In this document: one piece after another, positions 30,638 to 40,864 of the stretch
How positions within the stretch are numbered: the stretch's first letter is position 1
How the letters are laid out: every line of letters begins with the position of its first letter
Assembly: GCA_977017575.1 (NCBI GenBank)
Contig: CDRNVI010000089.1
Location: 92,912 to 156,911, forward strand
Length of the DNA stretch: 64,000 bases
Direction of reading: 5' to 3'
From: Paramoeba atlantica
Taxonomy: Eukaryota > Protista > Discosea
Notes under the pieces: model-generated
What the model was told of the DNA's origin: nothing
Seen by the model: only the letters and a program-made list of their open reading frames with translations
Databases searched by the model: none
Translations under genes and position numbers: made by a program

Positions 30638-30914
30638 ATGAAGGGAAAGTCGTGTTTAATAAAATGCAATATTCTAAGTAGACAAGAATGATATGATTTG
30701 TATACCACTGTAACCCAAAGATAAAATTAAATCAGCGTATTATACAAAGCAAAAAGATTGGGGCAACTACGGCGAAACTTATTTTCCAAGAATATGCACT
30801 CACCAAAGTAGTATCTCATAGTACGTACTAAAATACTAGTTAGACTATGAGTTTTATGCATTATCAGTGTGCGAGTTTTATGCATTATCATTGTGTGAAT
30901 TTTATGCATTATCA

Positions 30915-31478
30915 GAGGGTTGAAACCTGTTAAGTTTTGCCGGGTTTTGCCAAGTTTTGCCAGGACACCTATTTTTTGGGGCGTCATTTTGGGAGACGTG
31001 TACGGCTTCAAGAAGGGGTATCTTGTGTAAACGACGACGTAGAAAGCTAGTCTAGGTCCCAAACTCTCAAACTATTATAGGTAACTGGCCATTATGACGC
31101 GTTTAGGAATAGCCCATCCTCGTTTATCTGAGAAGCTTTTATGCCCTGGGTGCAAAACACTACTGAACAGTCAATCTGCTTTACACCACATACCTGGATG
31201 CGTACAATGCTACGGTTTTAATGCCACAACAAAACACAATAGTTTGGTGAAATACCTGTTCGACTTAGCCAATAAGGCGGGGATACCGTGTGAAAAAGAG
31301 CCACGAGCCTTCAGTACGTGGCGGTGTGGTGTGTGTAGCCGAAAGATCGAGCCCGAGAATAAGTTTTGCAGCGCACGATGGAGACCAAGTATGTTCTTCA
31401 CTATTTTTGACAAAGTACTTTTCTCCGCCACGTCAATGAGGAATATGCGGGTTTTGCCTTTCATAGGTTTCAACCCTC
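30915..31478. mobile_element. Non-autonomous element, 14-bp TIR, 3-bp TSD TCA (PIF/Harbinger-like geometry)
   Basis: GAGGGTTGAAACCT / AGGTTTCAACCCTC; TCA at 30912-14 and 31479-81. Removing it restores a tgcattaTCAgtgtg repeat unit. Confidence 0.8.
31094..31380 (+). pseudogene. Fragment resembling the CCHC finger/restriction-like endonuclease start of RLE non-LTR retrotransposons (CRE/SLACS-like)
   Basis: RLGI...CPGC......H..GC......TTKHNSLVKYLFDLANKAGIPCEKEPR; no reverse transcriptase domain nearby. Confidence 0.5.
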
Positions 31479-32364
31479 TCAGTGTGTGAGTGGCACCTCA
31501 CCTAATATGGAGCGCGCAATCAGAGGTTGGACCCATTGCACAAGAAATCAAGCAAGCCAGCGTGAAAAGTAAATGTACCAGCACTACGTCGAAATCTGGT
31601 TGGACTACTGGAGTAACGTTTTCGTTATATTCGGAAAGCTGCTCAAACGATAAAGTTACCGTTTCTGTAAAAAATCTCAACTTCCTCTGAAAGTTGGGCA
31701 CAAAACCGAAACGGGGAAGTAAGGTCGAGACCTCCTCGTGGTGCTACGTGACTTGTCCTACCACGCGCCTTTTCCGCTTTTTTGGCCTTTTCGTCGGGAC
31801 AAGTGAGGGGGGGTGACGGTACTTCGCCCATTTTGAGCAGTAACGAAGTATAAAGGGCGGGGGTCTGACCGGCGAAGTATAAAGGGGGGGGGATCACAGT
31901 AAGTGGGTACGGTATACTAAACTTTGTCTAAAAGGCAAAACCAAAATTTTTGCGCCGCTTCGCGGTGCGTTCCTTCTCTACAGTATACTTGCTAGAAAAA
32001 TGGTGCCTTGGCCTTCAATTAAGGTGCTTTGCCTGTTATTGCTAGAAATGCTGCACTGTCGCTTCTAGAACGGGACGTCATCCGCTTCTGTTGTGTTGAA
32101 GGGAGTAGGTATACTAAGTGGACATGGGTATACTATCTTGGAACATGGTTTATTATCTATTTCAGTGAAACGTCTCGCCAGTCCCGGCATGAAGTTTGAA
32201 AAATAAAAAGTTTTTAGCCTAAAATGAAACAATTGTGAATAATAAAAAAATGAGAATAATAACTATAGAGAGGAAGGTTAACTCTTGCGCGCGGGGGAGG
32301 GGTTTAGAAATTAATGGAGGGGGGAGCAGTATCATAAAAGACCATGATCGTTCATCTGTAAGAA

Positions 32365-34758
32365 TCATGCCGCTAGCGTCTGGGAAACCTTTCGATCAGC
32401 CCAAGGAGCTAGACTGCAAAGCAAGAAAAATTCTCGAAGGGCAACTGTCGCATATGTTGATGAAGAAAGTTCAAATTGGAGAGTCAGTACAGCTTGAGTA
32501 TCATATGTTTGACTATTGTTCTCGGGTAAAGGATTTGGCTGTATTGCTGAATCAAATTTTTCTTTCAGAAGCCCTTGGTCGCCGTTTATATGAGTAAGAA
32601 TTGTTCGGTCTATTAAAAGAGTCGGAATTCTTTCAATATAGAAAAATAAGTGATTGAGACGTTGAATCGTGGGACGAGAAGGTGATTGGATACGAATGCC
32701 AATAGTTGGATTGAAAGAGAGATCCTCCCATGAAAGCTTATAAAGGCTCAGAAAGTCATTATAATATTGAACAGTGCGAGAGTCTGTTTCAACTAAACTG
32801 ACAATAGATTTAGAAAGTAATGGAATAGTTTCAGGAAGATATTGCTTCAAAATTTGTTCAAGAGCAAGGCTAGATGCAGAAAATTGGATTCGCAATGTTT
32901 GCACGTGCTTAGTAAGGACGAAATTCCAAGCAAGAGACTGAAAAGCGTGATAGTGAAGTAATAACTCGCGATAGGGAATATGTTTCAAAAAATTCAAAGC
33001 TTCGGTTTCAGAGGTTGGACTTCTCTGACGTTTTAGGTTAGTTCTCCTATACAGTTGAAACGCGGGTGAACATTTCAAAAGAGAGTACGCTCTACAGTAA
33101 TCCTTTTTTAGTAAGTGTGCAGCAACTGGGTACCAATCTTCTTCGTCTCCAAAGCGTTGAGTACCAAAATAGTTTAAAAATCCATCGCGTACCAGCTTAG
33201 TTGCAGCGATATTGATATTACACTCATTATAGGACTCAAACCAATTTCTTACTGTGATGCGAAAACGATTTCCACGTAATTTACCAGGGTACAAAGGACT
33301 AGGGAAGTAGCCTACGTCAGAAATGTGATACCAACTTTCACAGGAATTAAAATGCTCAGACCGATTTAGCTCATATAATTTTTGCCGAGCTTTATACCCC
33401 CTTATTCGAATGTACTGTGTTGTGACAGCTAGTTTATCTTTTATCCCACAATAAGAAATATCTGCGTTACGACAACGCAGTGTTTTTTGCAAGGATTTTA
33501 CTACTGTAAAATGCTCCGCATTATACTTGGTTAAACAAAATTGCGTGTAAATTTGAGAATTGTTAAAACATGAGCAATCATCAATGAACACTTCGAGACT
33601 AGTTTCTTTTCTACTTTCCTCTTGCTCAGATACTATCTGATGTTTACCTGCGCTCATTGAGTTGATGGTTAAGCATGAGTTAATATTACTGTAGGAACTG
33701 TTTTCCAAACAATTTGATTTTATTAAATGATTCGTTCGAGAAGAGTTTTTCCCACATTCCCCGTAGTAGGTATATACCGATGAGTTTCCACGAAGTTCTA
33801 GAAGTAGCTTGCCGTTTTTAGCCTGAACATAAAAAGGTTTATATGCACTTTGAAGCCATTGTCGCAGCGCGTGTTTCACAGCTTTTGTGGCCCCCTCGCG
33901 ATAAGAAATAATAAGAGGAGATGAATCACGGCAATTATAAACACCTCTACGAACTAACGAATTAGCATCTGCGAGCAATAAACTCGGTACCAATATTTTA
34001 ACATAACACTCAGAAGGATGTAGTATCAGTTCTTTGTTAGATGTTAGAGAGGTTATTAACGCTGGAAAATTGTAAGCGATTGAGCGGCGAAAGTCAGAAC
34101 GTGCATTCTTACATTTCCAAGTACCAAGTGAGATACTGAGTGGATTCCATTTTTCCTGAATTGCACACATTCCGAACTCTTTTAGGTGTTTAAACAGAAT
34201 CTCGCCATTTTCCGTAATATCACCAAGGCGCTTGAATTTTGTCATTATGGAGAGTTTAATATTTTCAGTAAGTGAGTCAATTTTTCTTTCGATTTCGCTA
34301 AAGTTTAGCTCCCATAATTGCTCCTCTAATCGGCTATTCCAATCTTTAATACCTTCAAATATGAAAGGGTTGCTCTGAAAATCGAGTGCTGTAAGTTGTT
34401 TGGGAGTGCTAAAAAGCAGAGACCTTGCCTTTTTCAATTTAGCGTCAATCGCAAATTTGCCGCCACAACAACTACAAAAAACAGCTTCCTGTTCATGGAA
34501 AGCAACATCTGGTGCGGTATCGTGTCTTACCCTATTTGAAGCGTTAGCAGCAGAACAAATTGTACGAAATGGATCAGATTTATAGCCTACTACGACCCCG
34601 TTGTCGGAGAGTTCATAAACTATAAAATCATGTGGCATTAGCTTGATAGGAGGTGCATACTGTACTGCATGCTCCTTGGATAGGTTTTTTTCGTGAAGAT
34701 ATTCCTCAAGATAGAAATGGAAGGATTCTCCACCATTAGTAAGCTTTCTAGAGATCAT
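32365..34758 (-). CDS. PUS7: TruD-family pseudouridine synthase (PUS7-like)
   Basis: CGIKDKLAVTTQ (catalytic Asp), GNRFRITVR, GFLNYFGTQRFG, HAFQSLAWN, FELSSSTYATVALRE. First ATG at 34758; the upstream F-rich extension is probably UTR. Confidence 0.85.
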   Translation of the reverse strand: MISRKLTNGGESFHFYLEEYLHEKNLSKEHAVQYAPPIKLMPHDFIVYELSDNGVVVGYKSDPFRTICSAANASNRVRHDTAPDVAFHEQEAVFCSCCGGKFAIDAKLKKARSLLFSTPKQLTALDFQSNPFIFEGIKDWNSRLEEQLWELNFSEIERKIDSLTENIKLSIMTKFKRLGDITENGEILFKHLKEFGMCAIQEKWNPLSISLGTWKCKNARSDFRRSIAYNFPALITSLTSNKELILHPSECYVKILVPSLLLADANSLVRRGVYNCRDSSPLIISYREGATKAVKHALRQWLQSAYKPFYVQAKNGKLLLELRGNSSVYTYYGECGKNSSRTNHLIKSNCLENSSYSNINSCLTINSMSAGKHQIVSEQEESRKETSLEVFIDDCSCFNNSQIYTQFCLTKYNAEHFTVVKSLQKTLRCRNADISYCGIKDKLAVTTQYIRIRGYKARQKLYELNRSEHFNSCESWYHISDVGYFPSPLYPGKLRGNRFRITVRNWFESYNECNINIAATKLVRDGFLNYFGTQRFGDEEDWYPVAAHLLKKDYCRAYSLLKCSPAFQLYRRTNLKRQRSPTSETEALNFLKHIPYRELLLHYHAFQSLAWNFVLTKHVQTLRIQFSASSLALEQILKQYLPETIPLLSKSIVSLVETDSRTVQYYNDFLSLYKLSWEDLSFNPTIGIRIQSPSRPTIQRLNHLFFYIERIPTLLIDRTILTHINGDQGLLKEKFDSAIQPNPLPENNSQTYDTQAVLTLQFELSSSTYATVALREFFLLCSLAPWADRKVSQTLAA

Positions 34759-35296
34759 TGAAAATATTAAAATGTTAAAAAAACAAGTCCGTTTTGAAAG
34801 TTGCCAGAAATCGTAAAAAAAAAAAGTAAAATCTCCAAGAAGTTTACTATTGTGCGACTCTACATGCGAGTGACACGGAGAGAGCCGTATGAAAAACCCA
34901 TTTGTGGAAAACAATACAGCTCGGATAAGTAAAATGAAAAAAAAAATAAACTTTTTCGAATTTTTTGGGGTGACCCCAAAAAAGAATTTTGACCCCAAAA
35001 AAGTAAAAGCAGTTATGACCAAAGAAACAGTTTTGGCAAAAATTGCTTTAGAATTTAAGACAAGAAAACAGAATCGATCTTTCGAAGATACTAAAAACTA
35101 CCTACCCATTGGTAGGAGTTCTGTAGACCTACCGGCGCAAAAGAAGTTGTAAAAGAGGTGTAAAACTACGAAACAGAGTACTCAAATCACAAGTTTGCAT
35201 GTAATCACTTCAAAAAAAAATTCTGTTCGAAGAATTCTGTTTTCTTCAATAATATCAAATGCTAAATTAGTACACCTAGAAATATCAAAGGAAAAT

Positions 35297-35833
35297 TCAA
35301 GTTTCTGTGCCACATTTCGAACGCCCGTAAGCCTTCTTTTCTTCGGGACTTAAGGTCCGCCACGTTTCACCCATTAGCTTCGAAATCTTTTGCATAGTCA
35401 GTTTGGGATGGAGCTCACGTACCTCTGGATAATGTTTCATAAAATAGGTAAAAAATGTGCTATACTTTCCTTCTTCTGCCAAAGCTGACGCAAACACTTG
35501 AACATCTTTCATGCAAAGCGGCCGGTAATGAAGAAGTTCGGCGGGCGTATGTGCTCCAAATTCAGGAGTTCCTTGTTTTATAGGACCTTTAAGAAGTTCT
35601 GTATTCGTCACTTGCGCCATACGAAGGGGTCCATCTTCAGTTGCCACATCCTTGAGAGCGTAACGCGAGCGTCTCTCTTCAGAAATTCCTTCAAATTTCT
35701 GCAATAGTAGGTTTGTAACAGCTTCATTGGTCAGTGTAGGATTTTTCTTTTCGAATTTGCTTCTCCATCTTTGCGCAAACTTAAGAAATCCTGCCGGAAA
35801 GGAGGAAAGAAGTGACGGAGAAATGCGATACAT
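35297..35833 (-). CDS. Tandem HMG-box protein, possibly mitochondrial kinetoplast-associated (KAP-like)
   Basis: Two HMG-like boxes (AGFLKFAQRWRSKF...ISEERRSRY; STFFTYFMKHYPEVRELHPKLTMQKISKLMGETWRTLSPEEKKAY). ATG at 35833 gives the short presequence MYRISPSLL. Confidence 0.7.
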   Translation of the reverse strand: MYRISPSLLSSFPAGFLKFAQRWRSKFEKKNPTLTNEAVTNLLLQKFEGISEERRSRYALKDVATEDGPLRMAQVTNTELLKGPIKQGTPEFGAHTPAELLHYRPLCMKDVQVFASALAEEGKYSTFFTYFMKHYPEVRELHPKLTMQKISKLMGETWRTLSPEEKKAYGRSKCGTET

Positions 35834-36283
35834 GCTATTGTAAATAAGAATAGAATCCGAAAAAGAGAACAATTACATTTAATAAAAGTTTTATTTACAG
35901 CGATAAAAATAAAAAAATAAATTTCATGAGTCGAAAAACAGAAAAGTATAAAATCAGTTCAAAGCTCTTCGAAAGTTTCATGCAAAATTTAGTGACATCA
36001 GTAGTATAAGAAACTAAGCCCATTTTCAATAGTGTGTTGGATAAGTGCAATACTATGCGATAGCTACTGTAGATACTTACAGTACGTAGAATGTGTGCAC
36101 GAAAAAAACTGTTTCATTGAAAAAATAAACGAGTCTTCTTCGACAAGAGCGTCGAGACTAAAACATGCATGTATGTTGCTCTATTTCTGATTTTACAAAA
36201 CGATGTGAATTTTGAGGATTGGTTTATTAACAGATTGCCAACTGATTCGTCTTGTCGTCTCTAGCAGAAAGAGGACCTTCCGA

Positions 36284-37306
36284 TTATTGATCTTTTCTAT
36301 TCATTTGAAGAACACGCTGCTCATGCTCTTCCATGCGCTCTGCAAGCTCAACTAGTTCAGGGTATTTAACCCACATTGCTACAGCTACAAAAAAGAGACA
36401 AGCCGCAAGCACACCAAGATCAAGCCAATATGAGTCAACATATTTTAAAATTTCCATTGCAATACGCATGTGTACTGACCTAGCATTAGAATATTCTTGT
36501 CCCCAACCACCAAAACGAGCTGAAGTATGCTTCATCTCATCAGGGGGTCGTAAGCCATACAAGTTGTAAAAATTGCGTGAGTTTGCATCAGACAAAACGT
36601 CGAAAGCGTCGCGTAGTTCTTCCAGCTCTATTGCACGATCTTCATCGTTTTCTTCTGAGACGTGATTCGTAAGATCTTCGTATCTCTTTTTTAACTTGTG
36701 GAGATCAATAGCTTCTTTTTTTGAAATTCCAAGAACATCGTACAAGTTTCGATCAAACTTCTGATTAATATTTTGAAAGGCAAGTTCGATTTGTTTATGC
36801 CGTCCCTCACAGTCACGCCCACAGTGTAATAGAGCGTGATGATGTTTTAAGTGACCCTCGTAAGATTGGCGGGCGGCCTTACGTAGGCGATACCTCTCTC
36901 TTCTTCTCTCCTTAGCAGAAAGTGAATTATCGAAAAGTGTCTGCCTCTCACCAATTGATACGGCAAGCTGATCATAATATTTTTTTGCTATTGGATCCAC
37001 AAGAGGTGTGTCTCTAGATGAAGACTCACTGTATGCGCTTGGAAGATGAACACGGTATTCCAAATTATATTTCATGTAGCCTAAACCGACAAGAATAATA
37101 ACTATAAAGCCGACCAAAAGTGTGCGAAACCAACGTCCGCCGTCTTCATGACGTTCAAAATTTTCTTCCATTTCCTGCGCTGAAATTAGGCTGCGCTGCA
37201 TGTGCAGGCTAGACCCCCGATGAAGTGTGAATGATTGTTTTGGAGCGGAAGCCCGAGAAGCAGTAACACGATTCATGCCACCCCGGGAGTGGCGAGAAAA
37301 TGACAT
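36284..37306 (-). CDS. Membrane protein with J-like domain lacking HPD
   Basis: NLYDVLGI...LKKRY...AFDVLSD..SR.FY.LYG J-domain frame without HPD; hydrophobic segments at about aa 60-78 and near the C-terminus. Confidence 0.7.
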   Translation of the reverse strand: MSFSRHSRGGMNRVTASRASAPKQSFTLHRGSSLHMQRSLISAQEMEENFERHEDGGRWFRTLLVGFIVIILVGLGYMKYNLEYRVHLPSAYSESSSRDTPLVDPIAKKYYDQLAVSIGERQTLFDNSLSAKERRRERYRLRKAARQSYEGHLKHHHALLHCGRDCEGRHKQIELAFQNINQKFDRNLYDVLGISKKEAIDLHKLKKRYEDLTNHVSEENDEDRAIELEELRDAFDVLSDANSRNFYNLYGLRPPDEMKHTSARFGGWGQEYSNARSVHMRIAMEILKYVDSYWLDLGVLAACLFFVAVAMWVKYPELVELAERMEEHEQRVLQMNRKDQ

Positions 37307-37555
37307 TTAAAAAATAATATGACTTTCAAGGGGTTTCAATCATTGAGGGAGATACGGTGCGTATCTAATTCGCTTACTAAGGTAAATTCGGCGAGCGTAA
37401 AAAGGGCGTAAAATGGGTATAAAAACGTTTTTTACAAAAGCACAGGTCTTTTTCACTACAGAATCTCAGTCTCCGCCGAGCCACTGTTGAAGTAAAAAAG
37501 CAGGATAAAAGAAAGAAGCGCAACAGAAGAAAAACAAAATATTTTAAAAAGAATA

Positions 37556-37912
37556 ATTGCGGTGGTTGTAAAACTACCGCTCTACCCTCGATTATTGAAA
37601 AAAAAGTGAACAAAAACAGTGAAAATATAAAGGGGAACACAGTAATATAATAGAAGAAAAAAATATAAAAGGGGGCTCCGGTGGTCCAAAACTGAAAAAA
37701 AAATTTGAAAAAAATGGGGGGTCCATGGGGGGGGTCCAGGGGGGGTCCAGGGGGGGGGTCATGGTCGAGCAAATTTTTTCGAAAAAATTAGTTTTCGAAA
37801 AAAAACCGCAGAAAGGGTAGCCGGGGTCTTGGCGCGCATTTTCCACCCCCCTACCCGGTGGTGACCCCCCCCGCGTATCCGCAGGACGGGTCCGCCAATT
37901 TCGGATTTTTCG
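37556..37912. repeat. Dispersed repeat family R1, copy 2 (uninterrupted)
   Basis: Inverted homolog of 39540-39797 + 42211-42302; includes the 42-mer gtagccggggtcttggcgcgcattttccacccccctacccgg, identical in both. Confidence 0.9.
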
Positions 37913-37914
37913 GA

Positions 37915-38096
37915 GGCTAAAGTGGACGAGGGAGATGCTAAAGGCACCTTTGGAAAACCACCTCGAAACTGGAACGGTATCTCCAGGTTTGTAGAGCATT
38001 CTGATGTGGCAAAAGGGTCTTTAACGGGTGATACCGTTCCAGTTTCGAGGTGGTTTTCCAAAGGTGCCTTTAGTATCTCCCTCGTCCACTTTAGCC
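37915..38096. mobile_element. 182-bp foldback MITE
   Basis: 67-bp arms 37915-37981 and 38030-38096 (1 mismatch), 48-bp spacer; flanks cgga/tgga. Confidence 0.85.
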
Positions 38097-38245
38097 TGGA
38101 TTACATTGTAACAAATTCTCTACACGTTCAAAAAAAGATGACAAAAAACAGTCCAGTCTTTAAAAATTCGAGGAGGGACTTATAGCTGATTGCTAGTGTA
38201 AGTGTATGCAAATATATTTATAAGCGAAAGTAGTAAATATGTATA

Positions 38246-39315
38246 AACCCCTCGACACGAATAAAGCACCCCCCTTTATTTTTTGCGTGCGGGGACCCAT
38301 GGGGGTTGCAGCACCACTTTATCGTCCAGAATTTTGAGATCTGCACGTTCCCGGGATTTTTAGCTTCATTTAAAACTTTTGAAAAAGTCAGTTTCAGAAA
38401 TATTTGTTTTCTAAAATTTCATGGTAAAATCCAAGTACCGTCCCCCAAAGGGGGGGATGACCCCTATAGGTAAGACATTATTGCGCCTGAGATTCGAGGA
38501 CGGTGCCCCAAAGAAGCAACTTGCACGAGAATTTAATATTTCTGTAAAATATGTGAGGCAATATCTGAAAGCAAAATAAACCAATAAAACCAAAATATTT
38601 ACACCGAAAAAAAAATATCTTACGTCGCAGAAAAAAATTAGTAACCATTATTTCACCAAAAGACCTTGCTGGAGTGCCGAAACACAGCAGCGCTAGATGC
38701 ATTGCGGGGAGATTGAGTAAAAAGGGGGTACATGTCACAAAACGCACTGTTCAACGTGACTTAAAAGCAATGAAATATACTTATTCCCCACGCCCGGTTA
38801 CTATGGCGTTGACCGAACGTCAGAAGGCTAAAAGGGTTGAGTTTGCCTTAGCATGGAATGGGGATTCACGCATAATTGTATTTTCTGATGAAAAAATCTT
38901 TGATACTAATGATATGCGTAAAAAAATGTGGGTTGCCCCGGGCGAAAAGGCTGCTCCAAGGCAGAAAATGCGTTGGGCCACAAAATGCCATGTGTGGGGT
39001 GCCATTGGAGTTGGGTGGCGTTATCTAGCTATTCTTCCCAATGACAGCTCAATTACGAGCGAAACGTGTATTAGAACCCTGCGTAAGACTCCTTTCCCCC
39101 GTAATTTTATTTTTCAACAAGATGGAGCAGGCGCACACACTGCAAAAATGACAAAGTCTTATCTTTTTGAATCAGAAATTCAGTATATCAAAAATTCGCT
39201 TGCCAACTCACATGACCTCAATCCTATAGAAAATGCATGGGAAATGGTACAGCAACGAGTATGTGGAATGAACCCCTCCAGTACTACTTCGCTTATTAGG
39301 TGTGTAAAAAATTGA
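38246..39315 (+). mobile_element. Tc1/IS630-like element 1, right end lost; transposase pseudogene 38457-39315 with DD35E triad
   Basis: TA then left TIR AACCCCTCGACACGAATAAAGCACCCCCC. HTH ORF MTPIGKTLL...QLAREFNISVKYV, then a frameshift, then FSDEK, VWGAIG, FQQDGA and NPIE; 35 residues between D and E; C-terminus truncated. Confidence 0.88.
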
Positions 39316-40864
39316 AATATTATAGCCAAAAGTAGCCGATTTTCGGGTAAAAATGAGGTGATTTTTGGGTATTTTTGCTCTCATTTTTGGGAGGCGTACC
39401 ACGGCTTCAAGAAGCGACATCTCGCGAAAACAATGGCGTAGAAATCTAGAATAGGTCCCAAGGTATCAAAATACAATAGCGGAAACGATTTTGGAAAAAT
39501 ATTTTTTTACTATTTTTTTCGTCAAGTTGGAATTTGTTTCAAAAAAAAATTCCGAAAAATTCCAAACTTGACGGACCCGTCCTGCGCATACGAGGGGGGC
39601 TCACCCCCGGGTAGGGGGGTGGAAAATGCGCGCCAAGACCCCGGCTACCGCTTCTGCGCATATATTTCGAAAAATAATTTTTTCAAAAAAATTTCGTGCG
39701 GTATGCCTCCCCCCCCACCTGGACCCCCAAGAGTCCGATGTTTTTTGAAAATCTTTGGACCACCGGAGCCCCTTTTATAAATTTTTCTTCTATTATAAAC
39801 CCCTCCCCATCAAAAAGGCACCCACCCTTATTTTTTGTACGAGGGGGGGTAGGTGGGTTATCGCACCACTTTATCGTGCAAAATTTTGAGATCTGTACGT
39901 TCCCGTTGTCTTTAGGCCATTTCGAAAACTAAAAAAGAGTTGGATGTATTTTTTTGAAAAACGCACTTTTCATACCAAGAAATGCGTATCGACTCCCCAG
40001 GGGTGGTCTTACAGAAAGTGGAAAAGTGTTATTGTGCATGAGGCTTGGCCAAAGGGTTGCGATAAGGCAACTAGCCCGCGAGTTTAATGACCCGCGAGTA
40101 TAATGTGAAACATATTCGAAAATATTTGAAAAACATTTCGCCTGAAAATTTACACTCTGAGCCCTGAAGGAATCCAAAGACACCTTGTTATTCTCCCATC
40201 CAACTCAATTACATGTGTTTCGTACATTAAACCATTAAAAAAAGTATCATTCACCCCAAACTGTATTTTTCAGCAAGATGGGGCAACACCTCACATTGCG
40301 AAGGAAACAAAAGTGTACCTTGAGGACAGCAAAATGAAATTGTTGAAAAATTGGCCGCCCAACTCCCCCGATCTCTCACCAATAGAAAACGTGTGGAGCA
40401 TGGTACAAAATCTTGTAGATGAATACAATCTTGCAAATAAAGAAGATCTCATAAAAAGCGTACGTAAAGCTTGGCGTAAATTGTCTCAAGATTATATTTA
40501 TGGTTCGGTTTTGAACTTCGATGATTGCCTCAAAGCTTGCGTAGCGAGTAACGGAGAAATGGTGACAAAATGGTAATCTCTCTAAAGTAAAATGGTAATC
40601 TCTCAAAGTATACTCAAAGTAATCTCTCAAAATGGTAATCTCTCTAAAGTATACGTATTCGTTTCTTTTTGTCTCATTTTTTCACGCGCAAAGTCTTTGC
40701 GTTGAGATCTGAAAAATGGGTGAAACTGAACCAAATTCCGCACTTTTTTTGATTTTCACAAAACTATTTTTCTCTCTCAAAGATTTCACAGAATTGTTGT
40801 TGCTTCATAAAATATGAAGCAAATACCGTGCTAATTTAACATTTACAGAACTCTTTATCATATA

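Larger units (their letters stand above)
27288..31899. mobile_element. 4.6-kb composite TA-flanked TIR element
   Basis: Bipartite imperfect TIRs CTGTGA(C/T)CCC...TTTATAC and ACCGTCACCCC.CCCTCACTTGTCC; TA at 27286-87 and 31900-01. Confidence 0.65.

Noticed and set aside
34759-35022. N-terminal extensions of ORFs from GTG/TTG starts or upstream in-frame ATGs (PUS7, PSMB1, TFC4, DNAJA and others)
   Set aside because: They translate polypyrimidine/UTR sequence (F/L/I-rich); a downstream ATG was used instead.
37377-38185. ORFs of 87-135 aa in 37.4-38.2 kb and similar ones at 39.6-39.9 kb and 23.0-23.4 kb
   Set aside because: Open frames through the R1 repeat and the foldback MITE; low complexity, no motifs.
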